A stretch of 64,000 nucleotides of DNA from Mizuhopecten yessoensis (taxonomy: Eukaryota). The notes beneath the pieces were generated by a model. It was not told where the DNA came from and ran no database searches. It saw nothing but the letters and a program-made list of their open reading frames with translations. Location of the stretch: positions 333,343 to 397,342 of the forward strand of contig NW_018407755.1 of NCBI RefSeq assembly GCF_002113885.1. The letters run 5' to 3'. The position numbers and the translations under genes are program-made. Positions within the stretch are counted from its first letter, which is position 1; each line of letters starts with the position of its first letter. Shown one piece after another: positions 37,601-59,200 of this stretch.

Positions 37601-39970
37601 CTAATTTACATCTCTGAGCATGAACAAGTGTTGTTGTTAACCCCCTCGGTGACATCCTCCAAGCAAGTAACAAAGAAGTTGGTTTCAGCACAGAATCCAA
37701 GCTTGAGCATGAGAACGGTTTCATGAATACGGGCCCTGTTCTTAGTGCTATCAACCTTTGTACTAGTTTGTTCTGCCAATTCTTGTCCGTGTGCAGATAA
37801 TCAACTCATTTGGTCAACCTTGACTTTTTAACATACTATAATGTACCACGTGACCGTTTTGTGTTGTTGTCTCTGTTTTCGTAATATCGTTGAAGTGGGT
37901 GTTTCTTATCTGTCTTTGATGAACACCTGTGATGGTGACGAATACAGAAATTTGTAATATAACGGTCAATGCAGCAATTGTTTTTATTAAATGACCATTT
38001 CTTTACATAAATTATATGAATTTAATATTTTTTCTTATATGGGCCCAGGAAATAGTCACAGGTCGGCGTTTCTTCTCCGGGTATTCCGGTTTCCCTCCAC
38101 CACCAAAACCTATATGAGGCCAAAAACAGTTACCCTACATGTTCCTTCCCTTATCTTTTCCATTAACCCTAAAACAAAATTTGCAATTATCAAAGAAGTA
38201 CTGTTAATTTATAGATGACTCGTCTATATAAACCTTATAAAAATATTGAAAAATACAATTGATTTACTACCTACCCACCCTTTTTATTTCAAACATGTAT
38301 AATAACATTATGCAAACACAAAATCAAGTATAATGGGCTAAATTTGGAACAAAGAAAAGATTGACATGAAGACACTCGAAAAAGTTCATGGACAACAAGA
38401 ATTGGTAATTCGGAAAAGTAGGAGCTTGTCTGCATCAAAGACGCCCACCATATTAACTCTTTAACCAACATGATAATGTCATAAAAACGTCAAACGAAGA
38501 ACCAGGGTAATGTCGTTCTCGTTATTTATTTATTTATTTATTCATTTATTCAATTTGTCATGTCAATTTCCGTTTCGGTTTTGCCTCTACATGTTGCCAT
38601 TGTGTTGACGCAGTGGTGTATTATTTGTATTTCTACAATTTGTTGAAATAGAAAGTATTCCTCCACATAACAACAATCTTGCTTCAAGATATTAACTCTT
38701 TAACCAACATGATGCTATTTTGATGGATTTACATTGTAATAATTATTTTCATCGATATTCTGGTTAATTCATTGTTCGTAGTGTTGTATCCATTCATAAG
38801 ATTGTTTTTCTAACATTATCTCTGATATATCATATTTGAGTAATGGATGTCCTCATTCTCTGTATATGAACCTAAAAAATTGGTGTTCCGTTCATAGTAC
38901 TGTGAACGAACCATTGTGCCAGTTTATGACCTACACACTCTGCAATATAACCTCTGATTTTCTCAGACTGCTGTACTGTGTGCCCTGAGGGGTGATTATT
39001 ATCTGTCCTAGTTTACAGTATTTGATGGTAACCAATACAGAAGATTGGATCGTAATGGTCAATACAACAGTTTTAAAGCCTGAATATTTATGTCTTTATA
39101 AATTTTCATTTAAGTTTATTGCGATCAATATGGAGAATAGGAAATTAATCAAATTAAAAAATATCCTCTTACGAGTTTAGTGTTTAGGAGTTCATTCATT
39201 GTCGAGGACAAATATAAGACATCGCCATAATTGAGAATAGCATTCAGCGTGTTTGCATCTGTTTACGTCACCTTGATTCATGATGAATAAAATAGTGTTT
39301 ATTATCTATCATTCTTTAATTTATCAAACTAAAGGCTTGGATTATATGCCTTAACGTAGTTTAGTTGCCTTCTGACAGTTGAAACATGACAGGTGCAGGA
39401 AACATGACAAGTGGAGGAAACGGCAACTATTCCTTAGTACCTAGTGCTCTGTTAGGATACATGAATAAATGTAAAAAAAATGTCTATAAAACTGTAACTG
39501 AAACTTCCAAACCGATAAAACTGTAAAAAAAAAAAAGTATTCAAGGAAAGATTTACTTTGAGCTCCTTCTAAATATTTGAGGAGAATAAGACAAGGTATT
39601 CTGGACGGGTAGTTGTTTTCTGCTTCATCGACGACGCCAATAATGGAAATCTAGGTCAAATCCATGTAATGTCACGTCCTCGACAATATTGTCGTGTGTT
39701 GTCGTTTATTTACGTTTGTGTTGTTGTTTTTTTGTATCTACTTAAGTTCTGTTATATGGTTTTCTTTCCTCTACTTTTTATTGCTACCATAGAACATTAT
39801 AAGCACAGATTATTATTAGACCCTGTCATGCCCAGGGATGAGAATTTGCAAGCAGAACAAGCAGAAGGGTTTCAAGTTGGATACAATCAGCTAACAATGG
39901 GTTTCGCGCAAATTTGAAAATCCCGAGGGTTGCATTTCCTTATTCTTCATCTCTGAGCATGAACAAGTGT
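28641..39970. repeat. ~2.2-kb tandem repeat array (~5 high-identity units plus diverged end)
   Basis: Anchor gtcctcaactagagaatcgg at 28641, 30842, 33050, 35266, 37373 and a diverged version at 39676; single N at 35768. Confidence 0.95.
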
Positions 39971-40559
39971 TGTTATTTAATTTCTAGAACTAGTTCAGAC
40001 CCCCAAGTTAATGGCTTCATTAACAGATAATTGCAATAACGCATTCACTATCAGGTTCACTTTAGATGTGCCGATTATTAACCTGACAGGTCTTATCCAG
40101 ACAGATCATATCGGTCTGTAAACCCTCACAATGTCACCTACTTCTGCAAGATTGGTTTTCTGACATTATCTGGGATTTCACAGGTCTCAGTGAAGTTCCG
40201 TTCATAGCATTACGAACCCTTGTGCCAGTACAAAACCTGCCCACTCATATTCTTTTCCAGATTTTTCCATTATGCATTATGTTAACCTTGACATTTGCCA
40301 CCGACTACCACGTGACTACTTGTTTTGCTATCTAGGCTCGTAAACAGAATTATTTGATGGCAACCGATAGGTAGTATATACTTTGAAGATATGCATAAAT
40401 ATGATATAAACAATGTTTAGATATAGAATGATTTTTTAAGAAATTTTCGAAGATCCATACTTGATCGATTGTGATTCTTTAATAAAAATACAAGAAATCA
40501 CAAGCAACAATAAACTGTAATTTTATTTCTAAATAACAGCAGAAGACCTCAGTCTTGCA

Positions 40560-50873
<10,314 letters not shown>

Positions 50874-51379
50874 ATTGCCTTCCTGTAATATGCAAAAGCA
50901 ATAACGTCCATCGACACAAGGACATATAGGGCTACACCACAGAAAGGGCTAACAATAATGCTCGAAAAACAAATCGAACTTAACTATGGTAGTATGTTAT
51001 ATAAAACTATAAAATAAAGTAAATTTAAATGATTCTATAAAGTGTTGTGGATATAGAAGTCAGGTGCTCTAAGCATGATGTAGAGATTTTGCAAATTGGA
51101 AACGATCATGCGCAAACATTGTTCTTGTTCAAAATGTTTTATTTTAGCAAAAATATTTCCAGTTAAAAATACTAATAACAAAATCGTGAAAATACATAAT
51201 CAGTCAACATAACAAACAAAACAAGCAATTCGCAGTCAAAACAAACAAAAACATTTCAGAGAATAGACAAATAACAAATGAACATCAAACCATGTACAGG
51301 TAACAGTAAATAATATAACACCAACCCAATCTACGACAAACCATGTGACGCCAACAAAATTTAGGACATACCATTTGAC

Positions 51380-51690
51380 GGCAAATCATGTGACAATTAC
51401 ACATGACGACAAAACAAATGTACGGCAAATCATGTGACACCAACAAATGTACGAAAAATCATGTGACACCAACAAATGTACGAAAAATCATGTGACACCA
51501 ACAAATGTACGACAAATCATGTTACACCAACAAATGTACGACAAATCATGTGACACCAACAAATGTACGATAAATCATGTGACACACACAAATGTACGAA
51601 AAATCATGTGACACCAACAAATGTACGACAAATCATGTGACACCAACAAATGTACGACAAATCACATGACATCAAATAAATGTTCGACAA
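51380..51690. repeat. 29-bp minisatellite
   Basis: Unit aaatcatgtgacaccaacaaatgtacgac, about 9-10 copies. Confidence 0.9.
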
Positions 51691-53791
51691 ACTATTGACA
51701 CTAAAATCATGTTATAACAACAAATAAAAATTAGTCACACACAGTATGAAGCATTCACATTGAAACTTACATTAATGCGCATGACACATTGCTATTTATT
51801 TAAATATTCCTCAATAAATCAACATTTAGTTATTTGTACTTTAAGAAAGGATTTCGTGAAACGTTATTGCAAGGCAATTAAGATGTGTGATACCCACAGT
51901 TGTCAGCAACATTGCAGCTATAGAAAGATAACTTTTTCTGAAATATTAACGATAAGTGGATTACCTCTGCAGGTCCCCTCGTTTACACTACAGCCTATAA
52001 CTGGATAAACTACCGGTCTGGTCTCCTTATCAGGATAGGCCACAATACAGGTCAAGGAGTTACTACCACCAGGGTCCAGTTAAATAGGTGGAATGGTTAC
52101 TTAAGTGCATGTGTCCTGATATAGATAGTAATCGTAGTTGTCCATGTACATGTCCATTTGAGAGTATCTGTCTGTCTTATGAAATTATGACGAAATGTTG
52201 ATTGACTGCCAAAAATATGTATTCATTGAAGTTGACACCGTTGTAAGCGTTGAATCTCTTCTTGAGGTCCTCTAAATCCAATCCTGTCAACTTCCGGTTG
52301 CGTTTTGAGGCATTTTGAGTTGACATTCAATACTCCAAAATATAGCAAACAACTCTAATGAATTGACATGAAATTTCAATGCGTCTAACCCTTTGACAAA
52401 ATTTACAATATTAGTTTAAAACATTATATTGGAGTTCGTTATAACTTAAGTAATCAATGTACTTTATTGTGAATTATTATCAAGTTTCTGAAAACTGCAA
52501 ACATTTTGTCATGATTTTTAGCATTATATTTTATTTTGTCTAAGAAGATTCCCTGAAAAGAACTTAGTTCGTTCGCGTCAGTGTAAAAGGTGTAGCATTT
52601 ATAATCTGGTAATGTGATGTTATAACCAATAGAAAATCTGTCCAGCTCCTCTCAAAGTCGAACGTAAGACCTGCACATCAGAATGCAATTATATAAATTG
52701 GTGATTGATAATCCACCAAATATTACTCTGTGGCTTGCGTCCGTTTAGAATGTACAATGAACATATATTGTGAAATCATATGTTATGAACACGAGCCTGA
52801 AAACACGAGAAAACATAAATGCAGTTAAAGTAATGAAAGGGAGAGCTCGTTAAGTTCAGGAAGATTCGTGAAATGGGGCTTGCGTGTACGATCAAAATAT
52901 GTTCACAACTATTAAGTAGTGAAATTCATGAAAAAATGGCATTAATTTATTAATGGTTTTGGTATCATGGTATTTTTACAGTATTTAGGTTTTCATCAGT
53001 TGCTGATTTGAAGTATATGGAAATGTGAAGACCCCTGCTAAGAATATGAAAACAACGATCGTGGCGTCTTATCAAATATTTCAGGTGACCTATTTTCAGG
53101 TAGATCTCGATGCAAATATTTCGTCTACGATCTAATCTTCTCGTGTGGGTCTCTCTCGCTATTAAAATGAGCATTACATTCCCTTTCTTCCATGTAAATA
53201 CAGTGTGATTCCCAACATACAAAGTCGGGTATATTGATGACGTCAACACCGATTTATACCTGACGGTTTGAGCTGATGAGCAACGCCACGAATAGCAATG
53301 TTTAATCTTAAATAAACCTACCTTGTAAATAAATGTTAAAACGCCCGGTTCAACCAAGTACAGTATTAATTTTGCATAACATCGTTTTGAACAAATTACA
53401 GTGTTGCGTTGCCCTTTATTTTTACAGGCGTTAAACTGATTAAAGAATTTTTGGCTTTATCAGCTATGCATACAGTGGAATACATCTTCTGTTCAAGCAA
53501 CAAGTTAATAAAGACTAATAACCCTGTATGGTCCTGTACTGTGACCTGCTTATACATTGAATCACGTGGCATCAAGGTCATACAAACAAGACGATGTGTG
53601 TCGCCGGAGCAGACCCACTTTATTTGAAATTTCCACTTTATTTCAGTTTAAGAGAATGAACAGTTGTATTCATATAAAACAAAGAACACATGTGACTCAT
53701 AAACTAAGCTTTCTGGTTGTGCATTTGAGTGTCTATCCTTCGAAAAGAAAATACCTTTAATTTTCACATTTGACTTGATTTCTCCTTCCCT

Positions 53792-53882
53792 TTAACTCAT
53801 TCACCCCTGAAGACAAATTTGAACTCTTCCAATTCAATGGATGGAATAGTTCATTATGAAACTTCAGGGGTGAATGAGTTAA
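53792..53882. mobile_element. tiny TTAA-flanked MITE (piggyBac-like)
   Basis: Perfect 21-bp inverted ends ttaactcattcacccctgaag / cttcaggggtgaatgagttaa. Confidence 0.8.
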
Positions 53883-54302
53883 TGAAATATGCCTTCCTCT
53901 GCACGCCACTGTGACTACATTCATTGCGGTCCAGATTTAAATAAAGTCAACAATCGATTTTAATATCAAGTTTTTTTCTACTGATTGTTTTTCTTATCAT
54001 ACCACAATTTATATATTTCCATCATTATTTTTAATTTCAATCCATTGACTCTTGTGCCTTCTATGTCATGCACTATTTAAATGTATAATGATAACTAGAG
54101 GGCGATGCCAATATTTTAATACTAGTGTACGTAAACAAAGGACTTTACATTATTTGGACAACTTGTGCCCAATCCCTTTTGTATATTAGATGCAAATAAA
54201 AATATGTTTAAATCAAATCAAACAAAAGACATCATCATTTATTACATACTTACTGATAAATACTGTGGGGTTTTTTTTGACAAACTAAAAAGTCACTATT
54301 TT

Positions 54303-54335
54303 TCCAACCTTTCGGGCTTAGCCCTTCGTCAGGGA
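54303..54335 (-). ncRNA. minimal type I hammerhead ribozyme motif
   Basis: Minus strand tcc-CTGACGA-a-gggc-taa-gccc-GAAA-GG-TT/gga: 3-bp stem I, 4-bp stem II. Confidence 0.65.
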
Positions 54336-54639
54336 TTAAATGTCACGTGACCTCTACGTCACATCTATCTTGACAAACAGGATGAGTAACTGGGTTTTTG
54401 TATATGCGATACGACACAATTGCTCAAACCCGTATCAGCCCTCGCCGTATCACATCACAAAACCCGTATCAGCATGGAAAAAGTTTCGTTTTTCAATATT
54501 TCAAAAGAAAAATAGATCAAAAGATAGTATATCTATCCGTATTTTATTGGTAAGTATGTAATAAACAGAATAAAACATGCCTTTTCGGCTGATATTTGAG
54601 TCTCGGGTTGCTACTAGGTGTATTATGGAAAAAGGCATG

Positions 54640-55700
54640 TATTATAGGGTAGAGCACTTGATTTGTTAATAGGTAAATCTAAATCAATGGGAGGCTTGCC
54701 ATATAAAACCTTCACAAAACCGTATGAGAGTACAGTGTGACCAGTAATTAGTTACGGTGCTGCTATATGGGGCACATGTACATTTAGTAGTTTTGTGGCT
54801 ATTCAAAATAGCGCATGTAGATTTTATCTAGGCCTTGGTCGCTATGCACCTAACGTAGCTGTTAGCGGGGACATGGGTTGGACTCCAGTAATAGTGAACC
54901 AATGGCAAGCTGTTTTTAGACATTTGAGTCGTCGTCATAATATATCGGATAATAGATTGAATAAGGCAGTATTTGCATGGAGTGAGCATATAGGTAACCA
55001 CCTTAAAAAAAATGGAACTTCAGGGTAATTTGCAGACTCACGGAGCTAGGCTTGGATAACTATAGCAAAGGTCCAATTAATAGTAAAAAAATACTTAAGG
55101 ACGCTAAGGTCCGTGGCTTGGAATTGTTTATTGAAAATTGGAAAAGGGAACTTAACCGTCCCGGAGCCAAAAATTGTATTTCTGGAGGTAACAAACTACG
55201 TACGTACAGATTATTTAAGTTTAATTATGAGGTAAAAAAAAAAAAAAAGTTTTTTTAGTAATGTCTAAATCGCATCGTAGTGCGCTAGCTAAGTTTAGGT
55301 GTGTGGTTCATTCGGCTAACCTCGGCCGATTCCGGTTCCCTTCATCTAGGTACGGAATCTGCCGAGATGTGACGAGTGGTGTGGGGTTGCACCGATACGC
55401 ATCGAAACAGGCCGGTAAGAGAGAATACCTTTGACCGAAAGAAAGTGTTTCGCGTGTCAAAGCCTGGTAGAAACAGAGAGACATGTTTTAATAAAATGTA
55501 ACTTGTATGATGATCTCCGTTCAGGCCTATTGAAGGAGGCTAGTAAAATCACAAATGATTTTTACAATATGAGTAAAGAGGAAAAGTTAGTTGTAATTCT
55601 AAGCAACACTTACTTGGCGAGGTCCTGTGCCAAAACCTGTGTTAATATTCTCAATCGACGACGCAACTTGATCTATAATTAAACAGTAATGTGTCTTTTA
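54640..55700 (+). mobile_element. decayed non-LTR retrotransposon, C-terminal part of ORF2 (RTEX-like)
   Basis: Frameshifted fragments YGAAIWG..IQNSACRFYLG..GDMGW, NKLRTYRLFK, RSALAKFRC..APIRIETGR and C-x2-C..H..C (RKCFAC..ETERHVLIKC). Confidence 0.8.
55304..55377. mobile_element. 74-bp hairpin insertion with 6-bp TSD inside the LINE relic
   Basis: GGTGTG on both sides; internal stem ctcggc-c-gattccg / cggaatc-t-gccgag; removing it restores RCGVAPIR. Confidence 0.7.
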
Positions 55701-56260
55701 ATGTCAATTGTTTTTATAGTTTTATATTGGCAAATTGTTTTTAATTCATAAGTATGTATATATATGTAATACTTTTACAGTCTAGAATGATAGGAGAAGA
55801 GTAAGTGTCTCGTAAGTCTAATATAGACTGGATGTAAGGGTGACACTATAATAAACTAATTTGAATTGAATTGAATTGAATTGAACTGAATTATTCTCTA
55901 TGTGTTGCAAGCCGACAAAACATGAAATGCATTGTACCTGAAATAGATCTCTCATAGACTTAAGAAGATATTTCGAAAACAAATGTGTAAGATATGTAAG
56001 AAACAAATGGAAGATCTTATATATATAGTCCTTATTGTTCGAAATATCTATATAACATTTCAAGACATCAACGTATCGTTAATTCATTTCAAGACATATT
56101 TATTAAACTTAAATAAAGATACTTTAACTATCATTAGATTATCCAGACCGTTGCGTGGACGATAAACCACGATCAAACCATGATCAAGAATAAATAAATA
56201 AATCGACACTGTCTGAAATATACCTTTTTTTATTGTTAATAAGATAGAAACAGTTAAAAT

Positions 56261-59200
56261 CTAGGCTAGTTGTCCAGTTAATGAGAGATGCTTCAGACCT
56301 GCAAATGAAATGAAGACAATCAGAATATGAATTTAATAGTAGTTAACGCTAATTGTTCTTATCATGATCAATGCCGCGGAAAGCTCGAAACTGACAGTTT
56401 TGCATATACAGAAAAAGATATGGGGGGCATTCAAAGACATGTTTTTTTGTACAATTTTTGATTGATGTGTGTGCAATAATCCTGTAAAATAATTATGAAA
56501 AAAAAAGTTTATATTTTTTCATTGTAAAATTATTTTTTGCATAAGCAACTTTTTTGGCAATTTCGAAGCACTTGCCCCACCATACTTAATAGGCCATCAG
56601 GGAGTGTACGGACCTGCTACAGCTGACTGGAAGCCCGCGTTATAATCACAGGCCACTTCGTTCTGTTTGTAATCCTGTCTGTCGTCTATATAACTACCCT
56701 CCTGGCTCGGCCCGCCCACAAGTCCGCCGTATACCGTGTGGGGGCTTGACTCCGGCCTGGTCAGCGCCTCAAAAGAGCATGGTGCTGGCATCGATGGGCA
56801 GGAACTGCACCAACAGGAAGTGGGTTGTAGACAGTTACAAATTAATAATAGAACTAATTAATTCATCGCTTGAAAGATATTGCTTCCCTTACAACGCATT
56901 ACATTGTTATAAGCTGGTTGTGTGTTTTTGTTATCAATATGACTTTTACGTTTTTATGGTTAAGAGTGTATATTTTGCTGTAAATTTATTTTAAAAAAAA
57001 AATCGACGTGAATGTAATACGGGAGCTAGAAACACCGCGAAACCAAAAAGCATTAGTTATTAGTCTAGTGCGAGAGTTTAAATTGTAACCTGCGGATTTG
57101 CCCCAAAAGCAAAGGATGAGTGTCTATAAATAAGGCCTTTTTTGGGCCCGGTATATTCGGATTATGCCCTCCTTAATTTGTTCAAAGTTGTCCTATTGTA
57201 TTACATGCACAAAAACTAAGGTATAAGTTCGACCGAAAGTGAGTTTGGGATTACCAAAAGGGGTAGGGTAAATCACAAATATAATTTTCTGCTTTCAAAA
57301 TGAGTTTAAAAATCAAAAAAGTTCCATTTCTGGTTTTGAAAACATGCGTAAACCAAACAGGCATATATAAAAGAATGAAAAATTCAATCGTCACTGTAAA
57401 TCATTTATAAAAAACAGAGGATTCAATTTACTTATTTGAGCACACTTATATATAACGCATATTTACTACACACTTTCCTTTTGTTTTATACTGAGTTATG
57501 GCCTCTGGACACATCTCAAACTTGACAATTTCAAATACCTCTCTATCTTAAGTGAATTAAAAGTTGCAGTGAGCACTTTATATGCTTTAAGTATATGATA
57601 GTAACAGTTAATATTGTATATCATATATATCATATAATATGTGTTCACCACCTGTGGCTGAAGTGAGTTCCAGGTCCTGATTTGTTTTCTTACTTATTAA
57701 AGTTATCTTACAAATAAAAAAAATGGCATTTGCCACCACAACCACAGTAAAATGATAAATTTAATATATAAAGATTGATTTGCTGGTAATTTTAAGTCTC
57801 CTAGCTTCAAAAAAAGCATCTGTTTTAAACGTTTAAGTTAACCCATTTCATTGTTTTATCAATTGTAGTGCCTATTTCCAATGTTTATGCACTGATTGTA
57901 GATATGGGGCATTTTTGGATAGGCACGCAACTTGGCACAGATATTGGTTATATAGTTGTTTTACTTAAAAAAACACTTTTTCTTTTGTTTAGGACTACAA
58001 ATCCAAAGTGCATCTCCTTGCTCAACAACAAATAATCCATAGCAACCACCTATACTCATTCTCTCTCCCACCATCACTCTCCCCCACACACTACCTCCCG
58101 CAATATCTCACTCTCCCCACACACACACTCTCCCAAAATCTCTCACTCTCACTCACCGTGAAACCGCTCATGCAGTTGAAAGTGTAGTCGCTTCACGACA
58201 AAATCGAAGCTTAAAGGCCAATCAGGGGTTAGGGGAGCTTTGATTGCACATCAGCGCACAGTTTGGCACTTCCGTGTTTGAAATAACATCAGCAAGGCTA
58301 GGAAATCGTACAGTTTTTATATAAAATAATATCTTTCTTCGCAGGTGTGCAGTTTATATAACATTAAATATAATACTACAACAATATTCTAACTCTCGAT
58401 CATTTGAGAGGGAGACATTTTAGTGCGTTCTGAACAATTGCATATAAATTATGATTTGAAATGGGAAAGAAAAACATCAAAATACGATATATTTTGGCTA
58501 ATTCCAAGTTGAGTAAAATGGTAGGTAACTCTTTATTGTTTAATTCTATATCAGGTAGACCAATTACAGTTAATCCCTGCCGACTACCGCTAATAATCCC
58601 TGTAAGTATCGCTACCAGTATTGATAACTACTCAGATCAACGGTCTACCGACTATCTCCTAAAATGTATTATTTTATTGATGAAGATCGCTTTATAGACT
58701 GCATAGTCTATGCGTAAATGGAACATGTGCCCCTACCCCACCCATTGTCACTTCAACACCACCAAGATTTACGTTGGGGTTCAATATATCCACCGTGTCT
58801 TGGAAACAATTGAGATCTCAACAATTTAACCCTACTAAGTTTGGTTTAAAAACGTAATTCTAGCACCCCTGGGGCTGAGGTGATATGCCAAAAAGGGGAA
58901 GCTGGCAGATAAATATTAGAAAGCCTACTCCTCTAGACCACTCTGAGGCATTAATGGGATCAGAAATTATGTATAAGGACGGTATAAACTGTCGTAAAAT
59001 TTGTACTGTGTATAATATGTAATAATATTTGTACAATGTGTACTGGGACTGAAGCACAATCTTTCCTTTCTTATGAATGTATAGCTACTACAGGGGTCTG
59101 TATGCACGATACTTGCATCCCCTATAGTACATAGCTATTAGCTACCACAGATGACTTGTATATTTGCCTCCGCTACCACAGGACACTGTAGCACACTCGT

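Noticed and set aside
28534-39917. Recurrent 60-107-aa ORFs in the 2.2-kb units as a peptide gene family
   Set aside because: Frames are broken by different indels among units and overlap repeat fragments; no conserved coding signal.
53807-53870. CTGAAGA..GAAACTTC resembling a hammerhead core
   Set aside because: Fully explained by the MITE terminal inverted repeats; the stems are out of register.
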